From positions 1-48,735 of the IMG/VR virus record IMGVR_UViG_3300048852_000104: 48,735 nucleotides of DNA; one strand, written 5' to 3'. The position numbers and the translations under genes were made by a program. This DNA is from a virus. Its lineage: Duplodnaviria; Caudoviricetes. Numbering within the stretch: the stretch's first letter is position 1; each line of letters starts with the position of its first letter. Of the stretch, positions 26,695-34,780 are shown piece after piece. The notes under the pieces were generated by a model. That model made no database searches. It had not been told where the DNA came from and worked only from the letters and a program-made list of their open reading frames with translations.

Positions 26695-27746
26695 TGGCGT
26701 CACTCCGCCAGCAGCTCGACGCCCTCATAGAAGAGCTTTCCCCGGCAATGGAGAAGGCGTTCCGCGAGGCGATCGAGGACATCAAATCCGAGATCGTGCT
26801 TAAGGAAGTTGTCGAGCGGCTTGAACGCCGAGACATCGAGGGCGCCATTGCGGCGCTTCACATCGATCCGGCAGCATTCCGTCCGCTCTCTGAAGCGATC
26901 CGGACAGCCTTCAACGCCGGCGGCCTCCTGGTCGCCAAGAACATGCCGCGGCTGTCCGACCCCATGGGCGGGCGTGTCGTCTTCCGCTGGGACGTCCAGA
27001 ACCAGCGCGCCGAGCAGATCATCCGCGAAGCCTCGTCGACGATGATCACGCACGTGACCGAAGACACGAAGCAGATGGCCCGGGAGCGGATCGAAGCCGG
27101 CTACGCCAAGGGGCAGGGGCCGAACACGATAGCTCTCGACATCGCCGGCAGGGTAAACAAGGTCACCGGGCGCCGCGAGGGCGGTTTGCTCGGCATGACT
27201 GCGCAATTGGCCCGCACGGTCGAGAACGCGCGCACGGCGCTGCTCTCGGGTGATGTCGAGGGCATGAAGCACTACCTGACGCTCACGCGTCGCGATAAGC
27301 GCTTCGATCGGCACGTCGCTAAGGCCATTCGAGGGGGCAAGCCGCTTCCTGCCGAGGCCGTCCAGAAAATCACCGGACGGCTCTCGGACCGGTATGTCCA
27401 GCTCCGGGCCCAGACGATCGCACGGACGGAAACGCAGTCATCGGTGCACGCGGCCAAGCATGAGGCCTATCAGCAGGGGCTGGACCGCGCCGGCCGCGAT
27501 GCAAGCCTGGTCACCCGCCGGTGGCGTTCGGTTGGCGACGGCCGCGTCCGCCACACGCACCAGGTCCTGAACGCGGAGGAAGTGACGGGCATGGACCTGC
27601 CATTCCAGTCTCCCTCGGGCGCGCTATTACGCTTCCCGGGCGATACCAGCCTCGGTGCTGGCGCTGCCGAGATCATCGGATGCCGCTGCCATGTCGAATA
27701 CAACTTCGACTTTTCCGGGGAATATGCCAGATCGCGAGGCCGCTGA
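26694..27746 (+). CDS. SPP1 gp7/Mu gpF-like minor head protein
   Basis: IARTE, W.SVGDGRVRH.H, FPGD, IIGCRC. Confidence 0.88.
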   Translation: MASLRQQLDALIEELSPAMEKAFREAIEDIKSEIVLKEVVERLERRDIEGAIAALHIDPAAFRPLSEAIRTAFNAGGLLVAKNMPRLSDPMGGRVVFRWDVQNQRAEQIIREASSTMITHVTEDTKQMARERIEAGYAKGQGPNTIALDIAGRVNKVTGRREGGLLGMTAQLARTVENARTALLSGDVEGMKHYLTLTRRDKRFDRHVAKAIRGGKPLPAEAVQKITGRLSDRYVQLRAQTIARTETQSSVHAAKHEAYQQGLDRAGRDASLVTRRWRSVGDGRVRHTHQVLNAEEVTGMDLPFQSPSGALLRFPGDTSLGAGAAEIIGCRCHVEYNFDFSGEYARSRGR

Positions 27747-28225
27747 TGGCTGAGAACCGGTCGTTTGCAGCCCAGGTATCCGAATGGGTGAAGGCGGAGC
27801 AAGAGCGCGAGGCGGCCGTCCTGCGCACCGCGGCGCAGATGGTCGCCAATAGCGTCCGGACCTCTGTTGCACAGGGCGGCCGCATCCCGGTTGACACCGG
27901 CAACCTGAAGAACTCGCTGATGGCCTCGACCACGTCCATGCCGAAGGTCGACCAGGGCGAAAAGGAATATCCGGATCAGAGCGGAGAGATCGAGCTGATC
28001 ATCGCCAACCTCGACGTTGGCGAGACGCTCTATCTCGGATTTCAGGCCGCCTACGGGCCCCGCATGAATTACGGCTTCGTCGGCGAAGACAGCCTGGGGC
28101 GGCTCTACAATCAGGCTGGATACGGCTTTGTCGACGCGGAGGCCCAGGACTGGCCGCAGACGGTCAAACGCGCGGAAGAGACGGTTCGCGGTCGCTTTGA
28201 AGCGGGTCCGTCCCCTCGGACATGA
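27746..28225 (+). CDS. HK97 gp10-like tail completion protein
   Basis: PVDTGNLKNS, YG..MNYG, QAG.GFV. Confidence 0.8.
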   Translation: MAENRSFAAQVSEWVKAEQEREAAVLRTAAQMVANSVRTSVAQGGRIPVDTGNLKNSLMASTTSMPKVDQGEKEYPDQSGEIELIIANLDVGETLYLGFQAAYGPRMNYGFVGEDSLGRLYNQAGYGFVDAEAQDWPQTVKRAEETVRGRFEAGPSPRT

Positions 28226-28379
28226 TGATCAGAGCCTTCTGAAGCACGTCGAGATCTCGGATGGCCGCGGAAAGTACCTGCCGGCCGTTCTCAGTCTTCA
28301 CTGTCTTGTTGAGCAGCAGCGATTGCGCCTCGTGCAGGAGGTCATGCACCTCGGTATCGCTGAGTGCTTTGTCGGCCAT
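28164..28379 (-). CDS. antisense small helical protein (71 aa)
   Basis: MADKALSDTEVHDLL...; fills the gap between two late genes. Confidence 0.55.
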   Translation of the reverse strand: MADKALSDTEVHDLLHEAQSLLLNKTVKTENGRQVLSAAIRDLDVLQKALIIMSEGTDPLQSDREPSLPRV

Positions 28380-28395
28380 GGGCCAGAGGTAGCAG

Positions 28396-28827
28396 ATGGC
28401 TGACACTGTTGAAATGAAAATCTACCAGGCGCTGTTGCTGAGAGCTCAGGCCTTCGTGCCACCGGCCGGCGTCACCGTCGTGCTGCCGGGTATTTCGTAC
28501 TCACCCACGGCGACGAGCAAATTCGTCAGTGTCGAGGTGCACTTCAACCGCTCGATCGAGACGGACCTGTCGCTGCAGCTTGATCCGATCCGGCAGGGTT
28601 TCATGCGCGCCAGCGTCATGTGGCCGAAAGGGTCGGCCATCGTGGACGGATACAATCTCGCCGGTCAGCTACGCGCGCACTTCCGCCGGGGTACCAAGCT
28701 GCTCCGGACTGACACACAGGTTCGCATCGACGAGGATCCGGAGATCGGCGTCCTCGTGACGGGCAGCACGCACCACAACATCCCCGTCACCACCCGGTGG
28801 CGGTGTTACCCGCAAGTTCCGGCCTGA
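28396..28827 (+). CDS. tail terminator protein
   Basis: Position; LRAHFRRG..L, IPVT.RW. Confidence 0.75.
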   Translation: MADTVEMKIYQALLLRAQAFVPPAGVTVVLPGISYSPTATSKFVSVEVHFNRSIETDLSLQLDPIRQGFMRASVMWPKGSAIVDGYNLAGQLRAHFRRGTKLLRTDTQVRIDEDPEIGVLVTGSTHHNIPVTTRWRCYPQVPA

Positions 28828-28883
28828 TTGGCCTGCCGATCAAGCCCCTTCGGCAAGGGCAATCAGACAGAAAGGATTGAGCA

Positions 28884-29384
28884 ATGGCTCAGCTTTACCC
28901 GGTCGCCGGTGCCAAGATATTCATTGGCCCGACCGTCACCACCGTGCCCGACGATGCCGACATTGATGCAGCCGATTTCGCTGCGGTCGTCTGGACCGAA
29001 ATTAAAGGTTGGCAGACGATGGGATCGATCGGCGACAATGCCACGCTGATCACCGAATCCATCATCTCCAGCGCCCGCGATATCAAGGCGAAGGGCACCC
29101 GCAACGCCGGCTCGATGCAGAACAACTTCATCATCATGCCGACAGACCCGGGCCAGATCGCGCTGATCGCCGCGGAGAACAGCCCGCACAACTTCCCGTT
29201 CAAGATCGAGTTCGATGACGCTCCTCCGACGGGAACCGCGCCGACGCCGACGATCAAGTATTTCTACGGGATCGTCATGTCCTCCCAGGAGCAGGGCGGC
29301 GGCGCCAACACCGCGCGCCTCATCTCCGGCAACGTCGAAATCAACTCCGCGATCGTGACGGTCGCCGCTGACACAGGTGATTGA
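28884..29384 (+). CDS. major tail tube protein
   Basis: WTEI.G...G.IGD, KAKGTRNAGSM, DPGQ.AL.AA, EINS. Confidence 0.85.
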   Translation: MAQLYPVAGAKIFIGPTVTTVPDDADIDAADFAAVVWTEIKGWQTMGSIGDNATLITESIISSARDIKAKGTRNAGSMQNNFIIMPTDPGQIALIAAENSPHNFPFKIEFDDAPPTGTAPTPTIKYFYGIVMSSQEQGGGANTARLISGNVEINSAIVTVAADTGD

Positions 29385-29818
29385 TGAGCGAAGAATTCGT
29401 CGATCTTTCCGGCCTCGAAGCCCTCCTCCAATCTCAGGAAGAGGGCATCGAGCTCGACATTCTCAATGAGCAGGGCACCCCGATCGGGCTCAAGATCCGG
29501 ATTGTCGGGCCGGACAGCGACCGGATGCAGAAGGCGATGCGCGATGTTGCTGCCGAGTTCGCAAAAGCGGCCGCGGAGCGCGAGAGCCTTGGCGAGACGC
29601 CTTCCGACGATACCGACGCCCGCATGATCGCCATCCTCTCCAAAGCGACGGTGAGCTGGTCGCCGAATCCCAAGATCGGCGGCAATGTCGTTCCCTTTTC
29701 TGAAGAGAACGTTCGGAACCTCTATTCGAAGTTCCGGATCATTCGAGAGCAGATCGAGGTGAGGGCGGTTCGCCGCTCGTCTTTTACGCCAAGCTCATCG
29801 GCCGGCTCTGCCAGCTGA
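29384..29818 (+). CDS. tail assembly chaperone (G)
   Basis: Follows tail tube; IVGPDS, FSEEN...LY. Confidence 0.8.
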   Translation: MSEEFVDLSGLEALLQSQEEGIELDILNEQGTPIGLKIRIVGPDSDRMQKAMRDVAAEFAKAAAERESLGETPSDDTDARMIAILSKATVSWSPNPKIGGNVVPFSEENVRNLYSKFRIIREQIEVRAVRRSSFTPSSSAGSAS

Positions 29819-30141
29819 TCGAGGATCAGCAGAACGGCAAGAAGATTGTCGTGCCGGCGGCCGGTGAGCAGGTCTGGTATTGGTTCAGGGAATTGGACAG
29901 TCAGCGTACCGGCAACGGCTACGGGACCAACGCTCTCGGGTTTCAGGCAATTGGAGAATGGGCGAGGCTCCGCGGCCTCGTCCTCAAGCAGTGGCAGTTG
30001 GACGCCATCCTCGCGATGGATCTGAAGCGCCGCGAAGTTATGGCGCCCAAGGCGGAACCAGAAGCCGAAAAGCCCCACGTGTCTGAGCGTCCGCTCACGT
30101 CCCGTCTGTTCGACGCCCTTTTCCCGAGCAAGAGAAAATAG
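29785..30141 (+). CDS. tail assembly chaperone GT extension via -1 frameshift
   Basis: TCT TTT ACG at 29780-29788; -1 frame open (YAKLIG...VW.WF.EL...R) to 30141. Confidence 0.7.
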   Translation, partial: YAKLIGRLCQLIEDQQNGKKIVVPAAGEQVWYWFRELDSQRTGNGYGTNALGFQAIGEWARLRGLVLKQWQLDAILAMDLKRREVMAPKAEPEAEKPHVSERPLTSRLFDALFPSKRK

Positions 30142-30144
30142 CCG

Positions 30145-33015
30145 ATGACGACAGCTCATCTTGGTTTCGCGATCGACAGCACGCCGGCCGTTAAAGGGGC
30201 GGCTGACCTCGATCAGCTGACGGCAGCCGCGGGCCGCACTCAACAGGCTGTTGGAAAGCTCGAGAACGAGGTCGAGCAACTTGGCGGTGCACTTGGGAAG
30301 GCAGGGCAGGGCGCTGGCAAGCTGAAGCCGCCGATCGACGATCTCGGCCGCTCGTTCGGCTCGCAGGATGAGCATGTGCGCGCCTTCCGGATGGAAGTCG
30401 AGCGGCTCACGCTGAAGTATCAGCCGTTGGCGAAAGCCACGCGCGATTACGAGGCGTCGATCGGCGAAATCCAGCGAGCGCACAAGCTCGGCGCGATCAC
30501 GGCGCAGGAAATGACAACCGCCCTCGATCGGGAGCGTCAGGCTTTCGAACGGCTGAAGACGTCGGCGACGGCCGCCGGCGCTGCCGTGAAGGCTGCAAAC
30601 CAGAACCGTGGCGGTGCGCAGGGCTTCAACTCTGCCAACGCCGCATTTCAGTTTCAGGACATCGCCGTCACCGCGGCAATGGGCATGAACCCGCTGATGA
30701 TCGGTCTGCAGCAGGGCACGCAGCTCGCGTCGGTGCTCGGGTCGATGGAGCGGCCGGTCTCCGGACTCGCCGCTGCCTTCGCGTCGCTCATCAGCCCTGT
30801 TTCTCTGGTCACGATCGGTCTGACGGCCGGTACCGCCGCGCTAATCCAGTATTTCACGACGGCCGAAAGCGGCAGCGACAAGACGAACGCGCTGTTTGAA
30901 GAGCAGAACGACCTGATTCGGCGTGCGGCCGCGCTCTGGGGCGATGCCGCGCCGCAGCTGAAGGCCTATGTCGACGAGCTCGACCGCGCCGACAAAATCA
31001 CTCAGGGCCGCGAAGCTGGGGAAATCCTCGCCGGGCGGGAGCTTGAAGGCCTTGGCGAGGAGTTGCAGGGCGTCAATCGTCAGTTCTCCGAGGCGGTTCG
31101 CGGGCTCCGCAGCCTTGATGCTGACCCTGCATTCATCCGCGATTTCTCGCAGGCCTTCGGTGATCTGCGCGAGCGCCTCGACGAGGGTACCGCGTCGATA
31201 GCGGACATCAACAACGCCCAGCGCTTCTTGTCCGAGGCGGTGGATCGCTACGGCATCAAGTCGGTTCTCGGCTTCAGGGACGCATTCGACCAAATCACCA
31301 AATCGATCCGAGATAGCATTGAGGCGTCTCGGGAGGCACGCGCCGCCTGGATCGCCGGCATCGCTGGTGCCAGTAACGTGCAGGACATCATCTCCGGGTC
31401 GTTCTTCACCGAAAACGGTAGGACGATGCGCTCCGCGGACTTCATGCCGCGTAACCCGGGTGTTCCGACCAGCCGGCCGAACATCGAGTTGAGCGGAGAT
31501 CCGGACGCCACGACCATCCTCAACTCTGATGGCCGCCTGACATCCGTGCCGGTACCAGGGCAAAAACCGAACTTCTTCGAGCTCGAGGAGCAGAAGGATA
31601 AGGTCGACGACGTCACCAAGGCCTACCGCCAGGCTGCAGAAGCAAAGGCTGACTTCTGGCTCGACATCTCGTTTCAGGAGCGCCAGGCCGAACGCAGCGC
31701 CATTGATCGGCAGGTTGCGACCACGCTCACGCGCTACGGCTTCAATGAGGACCTGAATTCGCCCGAGGCTGATGCAATCCGCCAAGGCCTTCGTCGCGAG
31801 GAAGCTAAGGACGCCTTCAAGGGGTTCTTCGACGGCATCCACCAGGAGGCATGGGCGAACGGCGGCAAGATCGGCGATGCGATCGTCAAGTCCGCTTTGA
31901 GCGCTGCCCAGAAAGCCAGCGAAAAGGCTTGGGACGCCATCTTTGATCAATTGGCCACCGCTGCTGCCAATTGGCTCACCGGCGGAAGCGGCAAGTCTTC
32001 CGGCGCGTCCGGCGTTGTCAACATCCTTGGTGGGGCAGCGAACGACAATGCCACCTTTGCCGCTCCGGTAGGCGCCGTGAGCCGTTCGTCGCTGGGCCCT
32101 GTTTCCGGGTCCGGTGCGGAACTCGCTTGGAACTTCTGGAAGTCGAAGGGGCTCGCCGATCATCAGGTCGCCGGCGTCCTCGGCAACATCAAAGCCGAAA
32201 GCGCCTTCAATCCGCTGGCGGTGGGTGACGGCGGCAATGCCTTTGGGCTCTACCAGCACAACGACCGCAGGAACAACCTGTTCAGCGCGATTGGAGGGAA
32301 GGGGAACCTGAGCAACGCTCTGGCGCAGCACGAGTTTGCCTATAGCGAACTCATGGGGCCGGAAAACCGTGCCTGGCAGGCCCTGACGAGAGCGGGCAGC
32401 ACCCGCGAGGCCACGGCAGCGTTCGCCGGCTTCGAGCGGCCGGCAGGCTTCTCCTGGGGCAATCCAGAAGGCGCCCATAACTTCGCCGGCCGGCTCAACG
32501 GCGCCGAAGAGGCTTTAGCGAAGTTCGGCGGGACCGCACAGCAGGCGACGCAAGGTCTCGGCCAGTTCGGAAACGGATTGAGCCAGGTCGGTTCTTCGCT
32601 TGCAACGGGCGGGTCAGGCGGGGGCTCCGGCTGGCTTTCCTTCCTGTCTGGAACGATCTTCTCCGGATCCGGCCAGTTGGCGAGGAGCGGCGGCATCGGT
32701 CTCTTCGCCAATGGTACGAACTATGCACCGGGAGGCCTGTCGATCGTCGGCGAGCGCGGGCCGGAGCTGGTCAATCTCCCGCAGGGCTCGCAGGTGTTCG
32801 ACACCAACAGGAGCGCCCGGATGATGGCCGGAAACGGCAATAACAGCAACGCTCCGGCAAACCTCAACGTCAACGTGATCGGTGCCAACGGCGATGAGCA
32901 CGTCCGCGCCCTCGTACGGCAAGGGGTTGGGCAGGCGCTGTCTCAGTATAACGAGCAGCAGCGTCGCGTCGGTTTCGGGGAAACGCAGAAGCGATTTGTA
33001 GCGCAGAAGGGCTGA
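30145..33015 (+). CDS. tape measure protein with phage-tail lysozyme domain
   Basis: FQFQDIAV...QQGTQ; AGVLGNIKAES.FNP...GLYQ; FANG...GGLSIVGERGPELV. Confidence 0.9.
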   Translation: MTTAHLGFAIDSTPAVKGAADLDQLTAAAGRTQQAVGKLENEVEQLGGALGKAGQGAGKLKPPIDDLGRSFGSQDEHVRAFRMEVERLTLKYQPLAKATRDYEASIGEIQRAHKLGAITAQEMTTALDRERQAFERLKTSATAAGAAVKAANQNRGGAQGFNSANAAFQFQDIAVTAAMGMNPLMIGLQQGTQLASVLGSMERPVSGLAAAFASLISPVSLVTIGLTAGTAALIQYFTTAESGSDKTNALFEEQNDLIRRAAALWGDAAPQLKAYVDELDRADKITQGREAGEILAGRELEGLGEELQGVNRQFSEAVRGLRSLDADPAFIRDFSQAFGDLRERLDEGTASIADINNAQRFLSEAVDRYGIKSVLGFRDAFDQITKSIRDSIEASREARAAWIAGIAGASNVQDIISGSFFTENGRTMRSADFMPRNPGVPTSRPNIELSGDPDATTILNSDGRLTSVPVPGQKPNFFELEEQKDKVDDVTKAYRQAAEAKADFWLDISFQERQAERSAIDRQVATTLTRYGFNEDLNSPEADAIRQGLRREEAKDAFKGFFDGIHQEAWANGGKIGDAIVKSALSAAQKASEKAWDAIFDQLATAAANWLTGGSGKSSGASGVVNILGGAANDNATFAAPVGAVSRSSLGPVSGSGAELAWNFWKSKGLADHQVAGVLGNIKAESAFNPLAVGDGGNAFGLYQHNDRRNNLFSAIGGKGNLSNALAQHEFAYSELMGPENRAWQALTRAGSTREATAAFAGFERPAGFSWGNPEGAHNFAGRLNGAEEALAKFGGTAQQATQGLGQFGNGLSQVGSSLATGGSGGGSGWLSFLSGTIFSGSGQLARSGGIGLFANGTNYAPGGLSIVGERGPELVNLPQGSQVFDTNRSARMMAGNGNNSNAPANLNVNVIGANGDEHVRALVRQGVGQALSQYNEQQRRVGFGETQKRFVAQKG

Positions 33016-33018
33016 TGG

Positions 33019-33753
33019 ATGGCAGTCTACATCAACCAGCCTACCGTGCCGATCATGTATCTCCGGCCGACCCGGGCGAGTTTCGACAATCCCGGGTCGG
33101 CGATCGACGGCGGCGTCAACGGTCTCGGTGAGGGGATTAGCATAGAAACCAGCGGCGGCGGCGTCGTGACATGCACCTATGAGCGCTGCGTACTGCAGGC
33201 AGAAGACACTGAGCGGCACGAGGTCATCAACTGGCTCGGGGCGCGTGGGAACGGTGGTTACCGCTTCTTCAACGTCCCGATCATCAATGACGGGATCGGA
33301 CCGTTCCCCGTCATAGACGGCAAGAAGCGCCCGATTATCAAGGGTATTCCGCATTCCGATGGATCGTTTCACTCGGACGGATCGGGGTACAGCCAGGCGA
33401 CCGTCTACGGCGAGGTCACGGAAGCGGCCGGCCTCGGAGCCGGTATCCTGAAAATGCGCGTCTACGGCGCCGCTCGACCGCTCCGCTGGTCGGATTGGTT
33501 CTCGATATACCACCCGACCAAGGGTTGGCGGGCCTACCGCTACTGGCAGGTGATCTCGAAGACAAGCGAAACCAACCCGGTCTACACGCTTGCTATCGCT
33601 CCTCCGTTGCGCGAGGCGGTGACTGCCGGAACTCGCGTCGAGCTTGCGCGGCCGATGTGCGTCATGAAGTTCCCTCGCGGCTTCACGCTCCCCTGGGATT
33701 ATGAAGGCTGGTATCACTCCCGGCCAACGCTCCAGTTTACGGAGGCGTTCTGA
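33019..33753 (+). CDS. distal tail protein-like
   Basis: Follows TMP; I.PPLREA, F.EAF terminus. Confidence 0.7.
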   Translation: MAVYINQPTVPIMYLRPTRASFDNPGSAIDGGVNGLGEGISIETSGGGVVTCTYERCVLQAEDTERHEVINWLGARGNGGYRFFNVPIINDGIGPFPVIDGKKRPIIKGIPHSDGSFHSDGSGYSQATVYGEVTEAAGLGAGILKMRVYGAARPLRWSDWFSIYHPTKGWRAYRYWQVISKTSETNPVYTLAIAPPLREAVTAGTRVELARPMCVMKFPRGFTLPWDYEGWYHSRPTLQFTEAF

Positions 33754-34352
33754 TGGAGTTCGTCCCCGCACACATCATCGAGGAGATGCGCGGCAGCCAT
33801 CAGCTCGGCATCTTCCTGAGGGTCGACACGGATCCTGCCTTGCATCTCTGGTTCGGGATCAACGACATCCCGGCCAATTTCGACAGCATCGATCCGACAG
33901 GAACGGTCTATCTCGGCGGCGGCCGACTGATCGGCGTGCCGACGCTCGAGGTGCTGGTCAACGGTACCGCCGATAGCGTCGAGTTCACGCTTTCCGGGCT
34001 GGACCCTGCGACATCGGCGAAGATGCTCGACAGCCTGCCGTCAGTGCGCGGCGCAGCTGTCCAGATGGGGCTGACGACGCTCGATCGGTATTTCCAACCG
34101 ATGAGCAGCATCATCCCGATCTGGACGGGGACAGCCTCTCATACCGGGGAGGTGAGCCCGCCGGTCGAGGAGGGAGACAGCCCGAGCATAACGCTTTCCC
34201 TTGCCGTCGTTTCCGGTGAGGCGACCCGTTCCCGTGGCGCGCGGTCGGTCTGGTCCACTCCGCATCAGAAGGCAATCTCGCCGACCGACAAGTTCTGTGA
34301 CGGCGTTAGCCGGCTTGCCAGGGGCGTTCAGCCAGTCTGGCCGAATTTCTAA
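33753..34352 (+). CDS. tail hub/minor tail protein
   Basis: Y.G.G.L, TLSG, D.FC motifs; position. Confidence 0.7.
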   Translation: MEFVPAHIIEEMRGSHQLGIFLRVDTDPALHLWFGINDIPANFDSIDPTGTVYLGGGRLIGVPTLEVLVNGTADSVEFTLSGLDPATSAKMLDSLPSVRGAAVQMGLTTLDRYFQPMSSIIPIWTGTASHTGEVSPPVEEGDSPSITLSLAVVSGEATRSRGARSVWSTPHQKAISPTDKFCDGVSRLARGVQPVWPNF

Positions 34353-34360
34353 GGAATGCC

Positions 34361-34780
34361 ATGACATTGCAGGAATTTCTTAGCCTGCCACACCAATTCA
34401 GGTGGGGCGGGGTGGTTGGTGATGATTGCACGACTTTCTGCGGAACGTGGCTGCGCGAAAGCGTCGGTGTCGATCCTGCGGAAGGATATCGTGGCACATA
34501 CAGCACGGCCGATGGCGCTCACGACATTCTCTCCAAGGCCGGCGGCCTGGTCGCATTCGCCGCGGCCGCGCTGGAGCCGCTGGGCTTCGTCCCAACCGAC
34601 GAGCCGCGCGACGGCGACGTCGGCGTTGTGCTCGCTCCTGCCGGAATGGCCGGAGTGAAGGAAGTCTGCGCCATCCGCTTCGGCCCGCTCTGGGCGCTGC
34701 TGGCGCCGTCCGGCGTAATCGCCAAGAAACTTAACCACGTTGCAGCCTGGCGTGCGCCGGATGGAGATAGAGACGAATGA
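34361..34780 (+). CDS. NlpC/P60-like tail assembly protein
   Basis: F.WG...DC..F, YRG.Y, GDVG, AWR. Confidence 0.75.
   Translation: MTLQEFLSLPHQFRWGGVVGDDCTTFCGTWLRESVGVDPAEGYRGTYSTADGAHDILSKAGGLVAFAAAALEPLGFVPTDEPRDGDVGVVLAPAGMAGVKEVCAIRFGPLWALLAPSGVIAKKLNHVAAWRAPDGDRDE

Noticed and set aside
30841-32478. 545-aa minus-strand ORF (likewise 3507-4637, 5064-6041, 11973-12968, 19408-20370, 32614-33771, 38288-39226)
   Set aside because: Shadow frames of well-supported genes in GC-rich DNA
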